From Rhodothermales bacterium (GTDB lineage Bacteria; Bacteroidota; Rhodothermia; Rhodothermales; VXPQ01), in the NCBI GenBank assembly GCA_022825385.1, contig JAJDWX010000038.1, positions 79,717 to 143,716 on the forward strand: a stretch of 64,000 nucleotides of DNA. Reading direction: 5' to 3'. A model generated the notes under the pieces. That model was not told the origin of the DNA. It searched no databases and was given only the letters and a program-made list of their open reading frames with translations. A program made the translations under genes and the position numbers. Shown here piece by piece: positions 1 through 8,713 of the stretch (its first letter is position 1; the number at the start of each line of letters is the position of its first letter).

Positions 1-108
1 GACTGCTTCTGCAACTTGACTCACGTCTTGCGAGTCAACCTCCGGGCGGACTTTGGGCAAGCGCTTCAGGAAATAGCCGCCGTCGATGAGTATGGCCACC
101 TTGGTCAT
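1..108 (-). CDS. NYN/LabA-like domain protein, N-terminal fragment (gene runs off the window start)
   Basis: Absent from the ORF track because there is no stop in the window. Reverse-strand ATG at 108-106 gives MTKVAILIDGGYFLKRLPKVRPEVDSQDVSQVAEAV. The AILIDGGYF start resembles NYN-domain proteins as I remember them. Only 36 codons are visible. Confidence 0.35.
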   Translation of the reverse strand, partial: MTKVAILIDGGYFLKRLPKVRPEVDSQDVSQVAEAV

Positions 109-386
109 GTCCAGGTGCAATGGCTACGAGATGTAAAAAAGCCCCAAGGGGTCTGCCTTACTCATGATCGCCGAGCCTGGGTTCAGGATCGGGAGCAAGG
201 CGTACTGCCAAGGGGCGGATTATGACTGCAAGGTACCTCCTCTTTGGGACATAGTCAACCCCTTCGCGGTAAAAAAGTTTCGCGTAAATACGTTCCGATT
301 CAGCCCGCTCTTGCACCAGACCCTATTTTAGGCTATACTCCAGGCGGCCTTGCTTCGCGTTGCAAGCCTTGCCGCTCCCTCAAACT

Positions 387-453
387 CGTACGCATGCGCC
401 TGTCCTGGAATGAAATACGCGCCCGCGCAGCGGAATTCGCCCGCTAATGGGAA
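387..453 (+). repeat. Direct repeat copy A: duplicate of the start-codon region of the MmeI-family gene
   Basis: 394-453 matches 2112-2171 at 58 of 60 nt. The 7 nt upstream match at 6 of 7 (cgtacgc vs cgtaccc). Confidence 0.9.
394..447 (+). pseudogene. 17-codon 5' fragment of an MmeI-family R-M gene, ended by a premature TAA
   Basis: Encodes MRLSWNEIRARAAEFAR*, identical to the first 17 residues of ORF 2112..4904. Codon 18 is TAA here (T at 445) and GAA in the intact gene. Similarity is lost after about nt 466. Confidence 0.6.
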
Positions 454-548
454 AACGCCGGGCAGGACCTTGCCAAAGCTCGCGTCATCCTGACCATTGG
501 GTTTTGGCAAACGTATGAGCTCAACAAATGCCTCGTCCAAGAAAGCGC

Positions 549-1895
549 ATGAGCGAAGACCAGCATACCGAATGGAAAGCGTCCTGGCGCGACGAGCACC
601 TGAAGTGGCTATGCGCTTTCGCTAACGCGCAGGGCGGCGCCCTGGAAATTGGCCGCAACGACAAGGGGCAGGCGGTGGGCCTCGACAACGCCGAACAGTT
701 GATCGAGGAGTTACCCAATAAACTCCGCAACCTGCTCGGCATGGTGCCCGACGTTAATCTTCTGGAGGAGAACGGGCTGCCGTACGTGCAGATTGTGGTT
801 GAACCCTATCCGGTTCCGATCAGTTACCGCGGCAAGTATTACTACCGAAGCGGCAGCACCATGCAGGCGCTCACCGGCGCGGCCCTTGACCGTTTCCTGC
901 TGGGCAAAACGGGGAAGCGCTGGGACGCGGCACCGGTTCCGGGCGTACGGGTTGACGATCTGAATGCCGAAAGTTTGACCAGATTCCGCAATCAGGCAAC
1001 CTCCAGAAACCGCTTGGGAAGGGAGGTCCTTGAGGAGGATAATCCCGGGCTGATCGAAAAGTTGCGCCTGACAGAGGGCCAATATCTGAAACGGGCAGCC
1101 ATCCTCCTGTTTCATCCTGACCCTGAACGCTTCTTTACCGGGGCAGCGGTCAGGATTGGCTATTTTGAGGGCAAGATCGACCTGCGCTATCAGGACGAGG
1201 TCTGTGGCGATCTGTTCGCGCAGGTCCGCAATACGATGGACCTGTTGCTGACCAAGTACCTGAAGGCGATCATTAGTTACGAAGGCATTCAGCGTCTTGA
1301 GACCTATCCGGTGCCGGAAGGGGCGCTGCGGGAAGCGGTGTTGAACGCCATCGTCCATCGCGACTACGCCATGGCCGCGCATATACAAATTCGGGTATAC
1401 CCTGATCGGCTACAGATATGGAATCCCGGAGCATTGCCTGAAGGGTGGACGTTGGAAAAATTACTGGGCAGCCATCCTTCCCGACCCTTCAACCCGGATG
1501 TGGCGAATGCCTTTTTCCGAGCGGGAGAAATAGAAACCTGGGGGCGCGGTATTCAGCGTATCTTTGACGCCTGTCGCGAGGCGGATACCCCCGATCCGGG
1601 CATACGAGTGGAAACGGGCGGGTTCTGGATCAATTTTCCGTTTTCGCAAGCGTACCGGGACAGCATGGCGCCCGGCAATGGACCTTCCGGGACATCGGAG
1701 GCAACCACCCAGGAAAGGATTCTGGCCTTATTGCGCGAAAACCCGGAAATCACCCGCAAGGCCCTGGCAGATCGCATAGGAATCACCCTTGCTGGCGTCA
1801 AATATCATCTTGCCAATCTCAGGCAAGCAGGCCGCATCCGCCATGTCGGATCCGCCCGAAAGGGGCATTGGGAGGTTATGGATGACACCCATTGA
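549..1895 (+). CDS. AlbA_2 (Schlafen-like) + HATPase_c_4 + C-terminal wHTH protein (often annotated as RecG-like ATP-binding protein or transcriptional regulator)
   Basis: ORF 528..1895; ATG at 549 gives MSEDQHTEWKASWRDEHLKWLCAFANAQGGALEIG, an AlbA_2-type N-terminus. EAVLNAIVHRDY...LQIWNPG is the HATPase_c_4 motif. The C-terminal ILALLRENPEITRKALADRIGITLAGVKYHLANLRQAG is HTH-like. Confidence 0.8.
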   Translation: MSEDQHTEWKASWRDEHLKWLCAFANAQGGALEIGRNDKGQAVGLDNAEQLIEELPNKLRNLLGMVPDVNLLEENGLPYVQIVVEPYPVPISYRGKYYYRSGSTMQALTGAALDRFLLGKTGKRWDAAPVPGVRVDDLNAESLTRFRNQATSRNRLGREVLEEDNPGLIEKLRLTEGQYLKRAAILLFHPDPERFFTGAAVRIGYFEGKIDLRYQDEVCGDLFAQVRNTMDLLLTKYLKAIISYEGIQRLETYPVPEGALREAVLNAIVHRDYAMAAHIQIRVYPDRLQIWNPGALPEGWTLEKLLGSHPSRPFNPDVANAFFRAGEIETWGRGIQRIFDACREADTPDPGIRVETGGFWINFPFSQAYRDSMAPGNGPSGTSEATTQERILALLRENPEITRKALADRIGITLAGVKYHLANLRQAGRIRHVGSARKGHWEVMDDTH

Positions 1896-1926
1896 TAATA
1901 GCACAATCGCTATGCAGAACGCAGGC

Positions 1927-1998
1927 ACTACCCCAAAAACTAGCCTATAGACTAGCCCAAAAACTAGCCTATAAACTACCCAAGAAACTATCCCATAA
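1927..1998. repeat. 3 x 24-bp tandem repeat (ACTACCCCAAAAACTAGCCTATAG / ACTAGCCCAAAAACTAGCCTATAA / ACTACCCAAGAAACTATCCCATAA)
   Basis: Read directly. Copies 1 and 2 match at 22/24; copy 3 matches copy 1 at 19/24. Starts 32 nt after the stop of the AlbA_2 gene. Confidence 0.9.
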
Positions 1999-2104
1999 AT
2001 AACGGCGCTCCGGCCCGCTTCGACAAATTCCGGAGCAATTAAGCCGGAGGATTGCGACCTTGTTCCGCGTCAATGCGCCCAACGAGACCCTGAAGCCACG
2101 CCCC

Positions 2105-2171
2105 CGTACCCATGCGCCTGTCCTGGAATGAAATACGCGCCCGCGCGGCGGAATTCGCCCGCGAATGGGAA
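2105..2171 (+). repeat. Direct repeat copy B (start-codon region of the intact MmeI-family gene)
   Basis: Partner of 387-453; see that feature. Confidence 0.9.
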
Positions 2172-4904
2172 GGTGCCGGGTACGAAAAGGGCGAAACGCA
2201 AAGTTTTTACGACAGTTTCTTCCGCATTTTCGGGGTCGAGCGGCGCAGCGTGGCTCGATACGAGGAGAACGTGAAAAAACTGGGGGATTCCAGCGGCTTC
2301 ATCGACCTTTTCTGGCCGGGCGTCCTGATTGTCGAGCAAAAAAGCGTCGGGCGGAATCTTGCCAAAGCGAAAAAACAGGCGGGCGAATATTTCGATGCGC
2401 TTCCCGAGCGGGATCGACCGCGCTATATTCTGGTCAGCGACTTCCAGACGTTCAAACTCCGCGATCTGGACGAGCGGGAAGAGGCCTCCTTTACGCTCGA
2501 AGCCCTGCCCGACCATGTGGAGAAGTTCGGCTTCATCCTCGGCGTACAGAAGCGTTCGTTCAAGGATCAGGACCCCGTCAACATCAAGGCCGCCGAGCTC
2601 GTGGGCAAACTCCACGACGCGCTCGAAGCCTCTGGCTACAAGGGGCACGATCTGGAGCGGTTCCTGGTCCGCATCGTGTTCTGCCTCTTCGCGGACGATA
2701 CGGGCATCTTCGAGCCCCGGGATATTTTTCTTGACCTGCTGGAAAACCGTGCGCGGGAAGACGGTTCGGACCTCGGCGGATGGCTCGCGCAACTCTTCCA
2801 GGTACTCGACACGCCGGAAGACGAACGCCCGAACAATCTTGACGAGGACCTTGCCCGCTTTCCCTATGTGAACGGGGCCCTTTTCGACGGGCCGCTCCGC
2901 ATTCCCTCTTTCGACGCCTCCATGCGGGAGCGCCTGCTCGACGCCTGCCGCTTCGACTGGTCGAATATCTCTCCGGCTATTTTCGGCTCCCTGTTTCAGT
3001 CTGTCATGGACAAGGACGAGCGGCGAAAGCAGGGCGCCCACTACACCACCGAGAAGAACATTCTCAAGGTTATCGAGCCGCTTTTCCTGGACGATCTTCG
3101 GGCGGAGTTTGCCCGGCTCAAGGCCCGCAAGGACAGCCGCCGCCTGCCGGAATTGCTCGCCTTCCAGCAGCGGCTCGGACGGTTGCGTTTCCTGGATCCT
3201 GCCTGCGGCTGCGGCAACTTCCTCATTATCGCCTACCGGGAGCTCCGCGAACTGGAAATCGAGGTACTGAAAGAAACCCGGCCCCGCAGGCAGGTCGATG
3301 TGCTGGCCAGTCTGCTTTCGGTGGTGAACGTCGATCAGTTCTACGGGATCGAACTGGGAGAATTTCCGGCCCGCATCGCGGAGGTGGCCCTGTGGATGAT
3401 GGATCACATCATGAACAACCGCCTCAGCCTGGAATTTGGGGAGACATACGTGCGCATTCCGCTGGAGACCTCGCCGCATATCGTGCATGGGGACGCGCTG
3501 GAGATGGATTGGGCCGACGCATTGCCCCCGGAAGATTGTTCGTACGTGCTCGGCAATCCGCCGTTCGGGGGGTTTGTCATGCGCATCCGGGAAAAGCAAA
3601 TACAGGCCAAGGCACTCATGGAAAGACTTGGAGCGTCAGGGTCGAGACTTGATTATGTCGCAGCATGGTTTCTCAAAGCGGGCGAATATTTTCGCGGAAA
3701 GCGCGCCCGGATCGGCTTTGTCGCCACCAATTCCATTACGCAGGGCGAGCAGGTTGCTCAGTTGTGGCCTGCTTTATTCGATCGCTACAACCTGGAAATC
3801 GCTTTTGTTCACCGCACGTTCGCCTGGGGCTCGGACGCGCGGGGCGTGGCGCATGTGCATGTGGTGATTATCGGGTTATCCGACCGGAAATCCATATCCG
3901 GCGGACGACGGTTATTCACATACCAGACACTGACAGAGGCCCCGCACGAGATTCAAGTGTCGGCCATCAGCCCATACCTGATTGACGGCGGTCACTTGAC
4001 GAATCCGCATCTTGTAATAAAAAGACAACGTGTGTCTATTAGCCATTTTCCAAAGATCGGCGTTGGGACGAAGCCCGTGGATGGCGGACATTACATTTTC
4101 CAGGAAAAGGAAAAAGCGGACTTCGTTGCACTGGAGCCTCAAGCCGCCGAGCTGCTGAGACCATTTGTCGGAGGCGCCGAATACATCAACGACAGAGCGC
4201 GCTGGATTCTTCACGTATCCGGTCAATCGCCAGCGCTCCTGCGTTCGTTGCCGAATGTCATGGACAGAATCCATACGGTCAGGCGTTATCGAACAGAGCA
4301 AGCCGGTCGATTGGGGCAGTCGCTCGCAGATCGCCCCACCGAGTATCACGTTTCCGTCATTCCGGAAACTTCATTCTTGGTTATCCCCGAAGTCAGTTCG
4401 GAACGCCGCCAGTATATCCCCATTGGCTGGTTGAACCCTCCCGCCATCCCGAGCAATCAATTGCTGGTCGTGGAAAATGCACGGCTTTGGCAATTCGCGC
4501 TGTTAACCTCTGCTATACACATGGCTTGGTTAAGATATATTGGCGGACGACTGAAAAGCGATTATCGCTATTCGAGTGGCCTCGTCTACAACACCTTCCC
4601 CGTACCGCCCGGCTTCCATACGGGTAGCCCGAGCGTCGCCAAACTGGAACCGCTTGCGCAGGCCGTGCTCGACGCCCGCGCCGCCCATCCCGACTCTTCT
4701 CTGGCCGATCTCTACGACCCAGACCTCATGCCGCCCAATCTCCGCAAGGCGCACCAAGCCCTCGACCGCGCCGTGGACCGGCTGTATCGCCGCAGCGGCT
4801 TCGCCAGCGAACGGGAGCGGGTGGAATATCTGCTGGGATTGTACGAGAAGATGATGGAGCCGCTGGTGGCGAAGGGGAAAATGAAACGGCGGCGAGGAAA
4901 ATGA
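2112..4904 (+). CDS. Type IIL (MmeI-family) restriction-modification enzyme: nuclease, N6-adenine methyltransferase and specificity domains in one chain
   Basis: 930 aa. N-terminal PD-ExK-like FIDLFWPGVLIVEQKS. SAM motif I FLDPACGCGNFL. Catalytic motif IV VLGNPPFGG. Size and N-terminus (RAAEFAREWEG...ETQSFYDSFF) match the MmeI family as I recall it. Confidence 0.85.
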   Translation: MRLSWNEIRARAAEFAREWEGAGYEKGETQSFYDSFFRIFGVERRSVARYEENVKKLGDSSGFIDLFWPGVLIVEQKSVGRNLAKAKKQAGEYFDALPERDRPRYILVSDFQTFKLRDLDEREEASFTLEALPDHVEKFGFILGVQKRSFKDQDPVNIKAAELVGKLHDALEASGYKGHDLERFLVRIVFCLFADDTGIFEPRDIFLDLLENRAREDGSDLGGWLAQLFQVLDTPEDERPNNLDEDLARFPYVNGALFDGPLRIPSFDASMRERLLDACRFDWSNISPAIFGSLFQSVMDKDERRKQGAHYTTEKNILKVIEPLFLDDLRAEFARLKARKDSRRLPELLAFQQRLGRLRFLDPACGCGNFLIIAYRELRELEIEVLKETRPRRQVDVLASLLSVVNVDQFYGIELGEFPARIAEVALWMMDHIMNNRLSLEFGETYVRIPLETSPHIVHGDALEMDWADALPPEDCSYVLGNPPFGGFVMRIREKQIQAKALMERLGASGSRLDYVAAWFLKAGEYFRGKRARIGFVATNSITQGEQVAQLWPALFDRYNLEIAFVHRTFAWGSDARGVAHVHVVIIGLSDRKSISGGRRLFTYQTLTEAPHEIQVSAISPYLIDGGHLTNPHLVIKRQRVSISHFPKIGVGTKPVDGGHYIFQEKEKADFVALEPQAAELLRPFVGGAEYINDRARWILHVSGQSPALLRSLPNVMDRIHTVRRYRTEQAGRLGQSLADRPTEYHVSVIPETSFLVIPEVSSERRQYIPIGWLNPPAIPSNQLLVVENARLWQFALLTSAIHMAWLRYIGGRLKSDYRYSSGLVYNTFPVPPGFHTGSPSVAKLEPLAQAVLDARAAHPDSSLADLYDPDLMPPNLRKAHQALDRAVDRLYRRSGFASERERVEYLLGLYEKMMEPLVAKGKMKRRRGK

Positions 4905-4976
4905 TCTCTGGCTAGCCCCATGGATGCAATTATCAGTAAAGCATAGGATTTCTTGAGAAAACTCGGCACTCGACAC

Positions 4977-6347
4977 ATGAGCAATAAAAATCCCCTTTTT
5001 TATATTCTCGCCGACGCGGTCGAATCAGAGTTGCAACCGCAGCGAATGATTGATCTACCCAATCTTTGCGATGCACTTGGTCTTCCCAATCCTCTGTATG
5101 AGTCAGGAACAAAGCGTGAGTATATCCGAAGCCGACTCGCCCCCCTTCGTCAAATGCCGGACGAAACTCAACCGGTCGCCCGGGAATTCACGAAACGCTA
5201 TCCTGTGGCCGAAGGAAATAGGGATACGTTCAAAATTGAAGAATTTCTCTGGAAAAATGAAAACTATCCGACCATCACGAAAAAACTTCGGCGAGAACTT
5301 GCTCAGGGATTTGAACAAGAATTTTTGCATTGCGATACCAACGAAATTCTTGCCGCCTTAGAAAAACTTTGGGTACTTCAAGATGAGTTGTATTCATGGA
5401 CCCCTGAAAATTCTCTCTATTTTCAATTCCAAGAATACTTCACCAATAATCCTCAAGGCTGGTCTGTTGAAAAATTTTTCCAGCAGCTCGGTGCTCTTGA
5501 ATGTTCCGACCTCCGATTCGGAAAGTTGATAGAAGCTCTGGTTGGCCCAGAGGTGCGCCCCAATGAGCAAAACCAACGGTCATTTGTTGCGGCAGCGAAC
5601 CGAGTGCTTCGCCTTCATGGTCTCGAACTTGTTGAGACAGGCGAGCAAGATGGATATCCAGCATTCTCTTTGCAGCAGACTGGAATCGGGGCTACTGGCC
5701 GCCCAAAAAATCTAATCTTTGCGTCACAAGTAAAGCCTGATCTTCGTTTTCGGGATGCAGTAAACAACGACATTGAAATCGTCACTGGAGCAGATAAAGT
5801 CTTAATATATGACTACCCTACTCCAACTGAAGGACTGCGTTGGCGTCATCTTCAAGCTTGGTGGGCAAAGTCCAAGGGACATGCGGATGAAGAAAAGGCT
5901 AAAAAGACACTCTACCGTCGCCTTCTGTCATCGCTACCGAAGAATTCGCCTCCCCAGAAACTTCTTTTCGAGACCTTCTTCAAGCACTTTGGCAAAGATA
6001 TACCAGATCTGCCTGCATTACTCCCCGAGGTGTGGCTGCACTACGATCCTCAAACGGTCAAACAGCGTGGTCGAGATGCGCTTTTGCGTCAGCGTATGGA
6101 TTTTTTGATACTGATTTCACACGGAACCAGAATCGTGTTGGAAGTTGATGGTGCTCGCCACTATTCGGATGATAATGGAAAGCCTTCACCTATTCGTTAC
6201 GCAGAAATGGTTGCGGCTGATCGAGAACTCAAACTACACGGATACGATGTGTACCGATTTGGTGGTAGTGAGCTTCAAGGCGTTGATGGAAAACAACTCC
6301 TAAAAACATTCTTTGACCATCTATTCGAAAAGCATAGAGTTCGTTAG
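4977..6347 (+). CDS. Hypothetical protein with a C-terminal DUF559/Vsr-like PD-(D/E)XK endonuclease domain; N-terminal ~370 aa unassigned
   Basis: ORF 4953..6347 starts at TTG; the first ATG is 4977 (MSNKNPLFYIL). The C-terminus RQRMDFLILISHGTRIVLEVDGARHY...AADRELKLHGYDVYRFGGSEL fits the DUF559 pattern (DF...E-x-DG-x-x-H...D-x-x-R...G-x-x-V-x-RF). A sampled line is about 40% G+C, much lower than the flanks. Confidence 0.65.
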   Translation: MSNKNPLFYILADAVESELQPQRMIDLPNLCDALGLPNPLYESGTKREYIRSRLAPLRQMPDETQPVAREFTKRYPVAEGNRDTFKIEEFLWKNENYPTITKKLRRELAQGFEQEFLHCDTNEILAALEKLWVLQDELYSWTPENSLYFQFQEYFTNNPQGWSVEKFFQQLGALECSDLRFGKLIEALVGPEVRPNEQNQRSFVAAANRVLRLHGLELVETGEQDGYPAFSLQQTGIGATGRPKNLIFASQVKPDLRFRDAVNNDIEIVTGADKVLIYDYPTPTEGLRWRHLQAWWAKSKGHADEEKAKKTLYRRLLSSLPKNSPPQKLLFETFFKHFGKDIPDLPALLPEVWLHYDPQTVKQRGRDALLRQRMDFLILISHGTRIVLEVDGARHYSDDNGKPSPIRYAEMVAADRELKLHGYDVYRFGGSELQGVDGKQLLKTFFDHLFEKHRVR

Positions 6348-6424
6348 GTATTTATGCCTGACATTAATGAATGGGCGAACCGTCGGATAAATACTAAACC
6401 TGCAACCACTTCATTTGCCAAAAA

Positions 6425-7909
6425 ATGCCTCCCCGCAAGCAACATCCCTACAAAGACAGCGGGCAACCGATCCTCATGTGGTTTCGGCGCGACCTGCGGC
6501 TGACGGACAATCCCGCGCTGTCCTGGGCAATCCGAACCGGTCGGCCCGTCATCCCCGTTTTTATCCTGGATGAAGGTTCCGAAAGCCGTCCCTCGGGGGG
6601 CGCGTCCCGCTGGTGGCTACACGGCAGCCTCCACGCCCTGCACGGCGACCTGAAGAAACTGGGCAGCCGCCTCACTCTGCGCCGAGGCGCTTCCGGGGAA
6701 ACCATCGCCGCCCTGGCGCAGGAAACCGGCGCATCGACGATCGTATGGAACCGGCTTTACGATCCTAAAATCGTTCGGCGGGACGCGGAAATCCGGGCGC
6801 AGTGCGAAGCGGCGGGCGTCGGGATACGATCTTTCAATGCCGCGCTGCTCTTCGAACCCTGGACCATTCAAACAGGGAGCGGTTCGCCCTACCGGGTCTT
6901 CACGCCGTTCTGGCGGCGGTGCCTCGAACAGGGATTTGCGGTCCCCGAGACTGAAAAACCCGCCCCGGTTCCCCCCGCTTGCTGGCCAGCGACCGAAGCG
7001 CTTGATACATGGAACCTGCGATGTCATAATCCAGACTGGGCGGCAGGTTTTCGGAAGGCGTGGCGACCCGGAGAAGAAGGCGCCCGGGGGCGGCTCGCAG
7101 ATTTTCTGCGTAACGGCGCCGAAAAATACGCGACGAACCGGGACGCGCCGGGCAAACAAGGCACAAGCAGGCTGTCCCCCCATCTGCATTTCGGGGAAAT
7201 CGGGCCGCGCCAGATCGTTGCCGCGCTTGGCGGAATCGAGCCGGGGGCGGACAAGGACGCCTTCCTGCGGGAGATTGGCTGGCGGGAGTTCTGCCATCAT
7301 CTACTGTTCCACAACCCGAAGATGGAGCGAGTCAATATACGGCGCGAGTTCGACCGCATGCCCTGGCGGAACGACCCGGACGGCTTGCGGCGCTGGCAGC
7401 GCGGCCAGACCGGATATCCGCTGGTGGACGCAGGGATGCGCGAACTATGGACTACCGGCTGGATGCACAACCGGGTCCGCATGATCGCGGCGTCGTTTCT
7501 GACGAAGCATCTGCTGATCGACTGGCGGCATGGGGCGGACTGGTTCCTGGATACGCTGGTCGATGCGGATTTGGCCAACAACAGCGCCGGTTGGCAATGG
7601 ACCGCCGGGTGCGGCGCGGACGCAGCCCCGTACTTCCGCATATTCAATCCCGTCGCGCAATCACGGCGCTTCGACGCCGCCGGGGAATACCTGCGGACAT
7701 GGATCCCGGAACTCCGGCGACTGCCGGGCAAAGCAATTCATGCTCCGTGGCAAGCGCCGCCATCCGTTCTGGACAAGGCCGGAGTCCGACTCGGCGAAAA
7801 CTACCCCTGTCCCATCGTCGACCACGCCGAAGCCCGGAGGCGGGCGCTGGGTATCTATCGGAGGCGTATTCGGGGGATAGGGAAGGGAAGTCGAAACAGC
7901 TGCCAGTAA
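6425..7909 (+). CDS. phrB: Deoxyribodipyrimidine photolyase (class I CPD photolyase / cryptochrome family)
   Basis: MWFRRDLRLTDNPAL; TSRLSPHLHFGEI; GWREF; DADLANNSAGWQWTAGCGADAAPYFRIFNP. Confidence 0.9.
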   Translation: MPPRKQHPYKDSGQPILMWFRRDLRLTDNPALSWAIRTGRPVIPVFILDEGSESRPSGGASRWWLHGSLHALHGDLKKLGSRLTLRRGASGETIAALAQETGASTIVWNRLYDPKIVRRDAEIRAQCEAAGVGIRSFNAALLFEPWTIQTGSGSPYRVFTPFWRRCLEQGFAVPETEKPAPVPPACWPATEALDTWNLRCHNPDWAAGFRKAWRPGEEGARGRLADFLRNGAEKYATNRDAPGKQGTSRLSPHLHFGEIGPRQIVAALGGIEPGADKDAFLREIGWREFCHHLLFHNPKMERVNIRREFDRMPWRNDPDGLRRWQRGQTGYPLVDAGMRELWTTGWMHNRVRMIAASFLTKHLLIDWRHGADWFLDTLVDADLANNSAGWQWTAGCGADAAPYFRIFNPVAQSRRFDAAGEYLRTWIPELRRLPGKAIHAPWQAPPSVLDKAGVRLGENYPCPIVDHAEARRRALGIYRRRIRGIGKGSRNSCQ

Positions 7910-7964
7910 ACATGTACAGAGAATAGAGGCATACATTATTGATTACACGATTTTTTTGGACACA

Positions 7965-8616
7965 TCACATTCCAAGCCCTTCAAGTTGTTCCAGCCAAGC
8001 ATTAAAATGAGGACATATGGAGCGGATATTATCAAGACCGATCAAGGCGGCCATCTGCGGTCCTATGGTCGATTTCAGGTATTGATAGTCAGGAAATTGT
8101 TCAATAATTCTTTTCGATGGCGCGGTATGTTGGCCGTCGTTAATCAATTCTGGACATGTAGTCTTTCGTAAAGCCTTTTGCAAGATAGGTATTTTCTTTT
8201 TTGTCTCATCAAAAAATTGATCTAATAATGACAATTTCACAAATAAATAAGCCTCAAATTCATGCAATTGAATGAATGGAATAAAACGATCATCTTTTGT
8301 TTTTTCAAACCATGCCTTTTCAAGATTTTTTACACGTTCATAAGGAACATGACGTAATTTGTCAAATTCAGACAATTTGGGAAAATTTGGATGCAGGGCG
8401 TAAAGATCAATCATTGTAGTAAAAAACACATTGGCATTCGAATCTTCCTTAAGAGAACGTTCTATATCGTTCTGCATTGCTATGAAATTTTTTCCGCCTC
8501 CGCGATGAGTTTTTCCTTTTTTTCGGGCGTGGGCAATCAGGCGCGGTCGATTCATGTATACGCCGAATTGAGCCAGATGCGGTTTCAAGACCGTATCGGC
8601 GAATGTTTGCTCTGTT
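7965..8616 (-). pseudogene. DUF4276-family protein, 3' part (codons ~14-227) cut off from its 5' end by the cassette insertion
   Basis: ORF 7965..8588 begins at an internal TTG. The same frame upstream reads ...FSV*VPTEQTFADTVLKPHL, with stops inside the left TIR. Joining it to 10416-10455 rebuilds MARLYLFAEGQTEQTFADTVLKPHLAQFGVY..., a DUF4276-like N-terminus (EG-x-TE...PHL, from memory). Confidence 0.75.
8609..8616. repeat. Target-site duplication, left copy (GCTCTGTT)
   Basis: Identical 8-mer at 10416-10423. Each copy directly abuts a terminal inverted repeat. Confidence 0.85.
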
Positions 8617-8664
8617 GGGACTTATACGGAAAACTACCCAAAACATTCCTAAACCCCTATAAAA
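8617..8664. repeat. Left terminal inverted repeat (core 8617-8644; gapped similarity to ~8664)
   Basis: See the mobile_element entry. The extension shares CCCTATAAAA with the right end. Confidence 0.75.
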
Positions 8665-8713
8665 CAAAGACTTAAGAAAAGCATCCCCGTAAATCTTGAC
8701 TTTCCTATATCCG

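Noticed and set aside
135-157. AAAAAAGCCCCAAGGGGTCTGCC looked like a terminator for a minus-strand transcript.
   Set aside because: The stem is only 3-4 bp with a tiny loop. It also lies upstream, not downstream, of the minus-strand NYN-like gene start.
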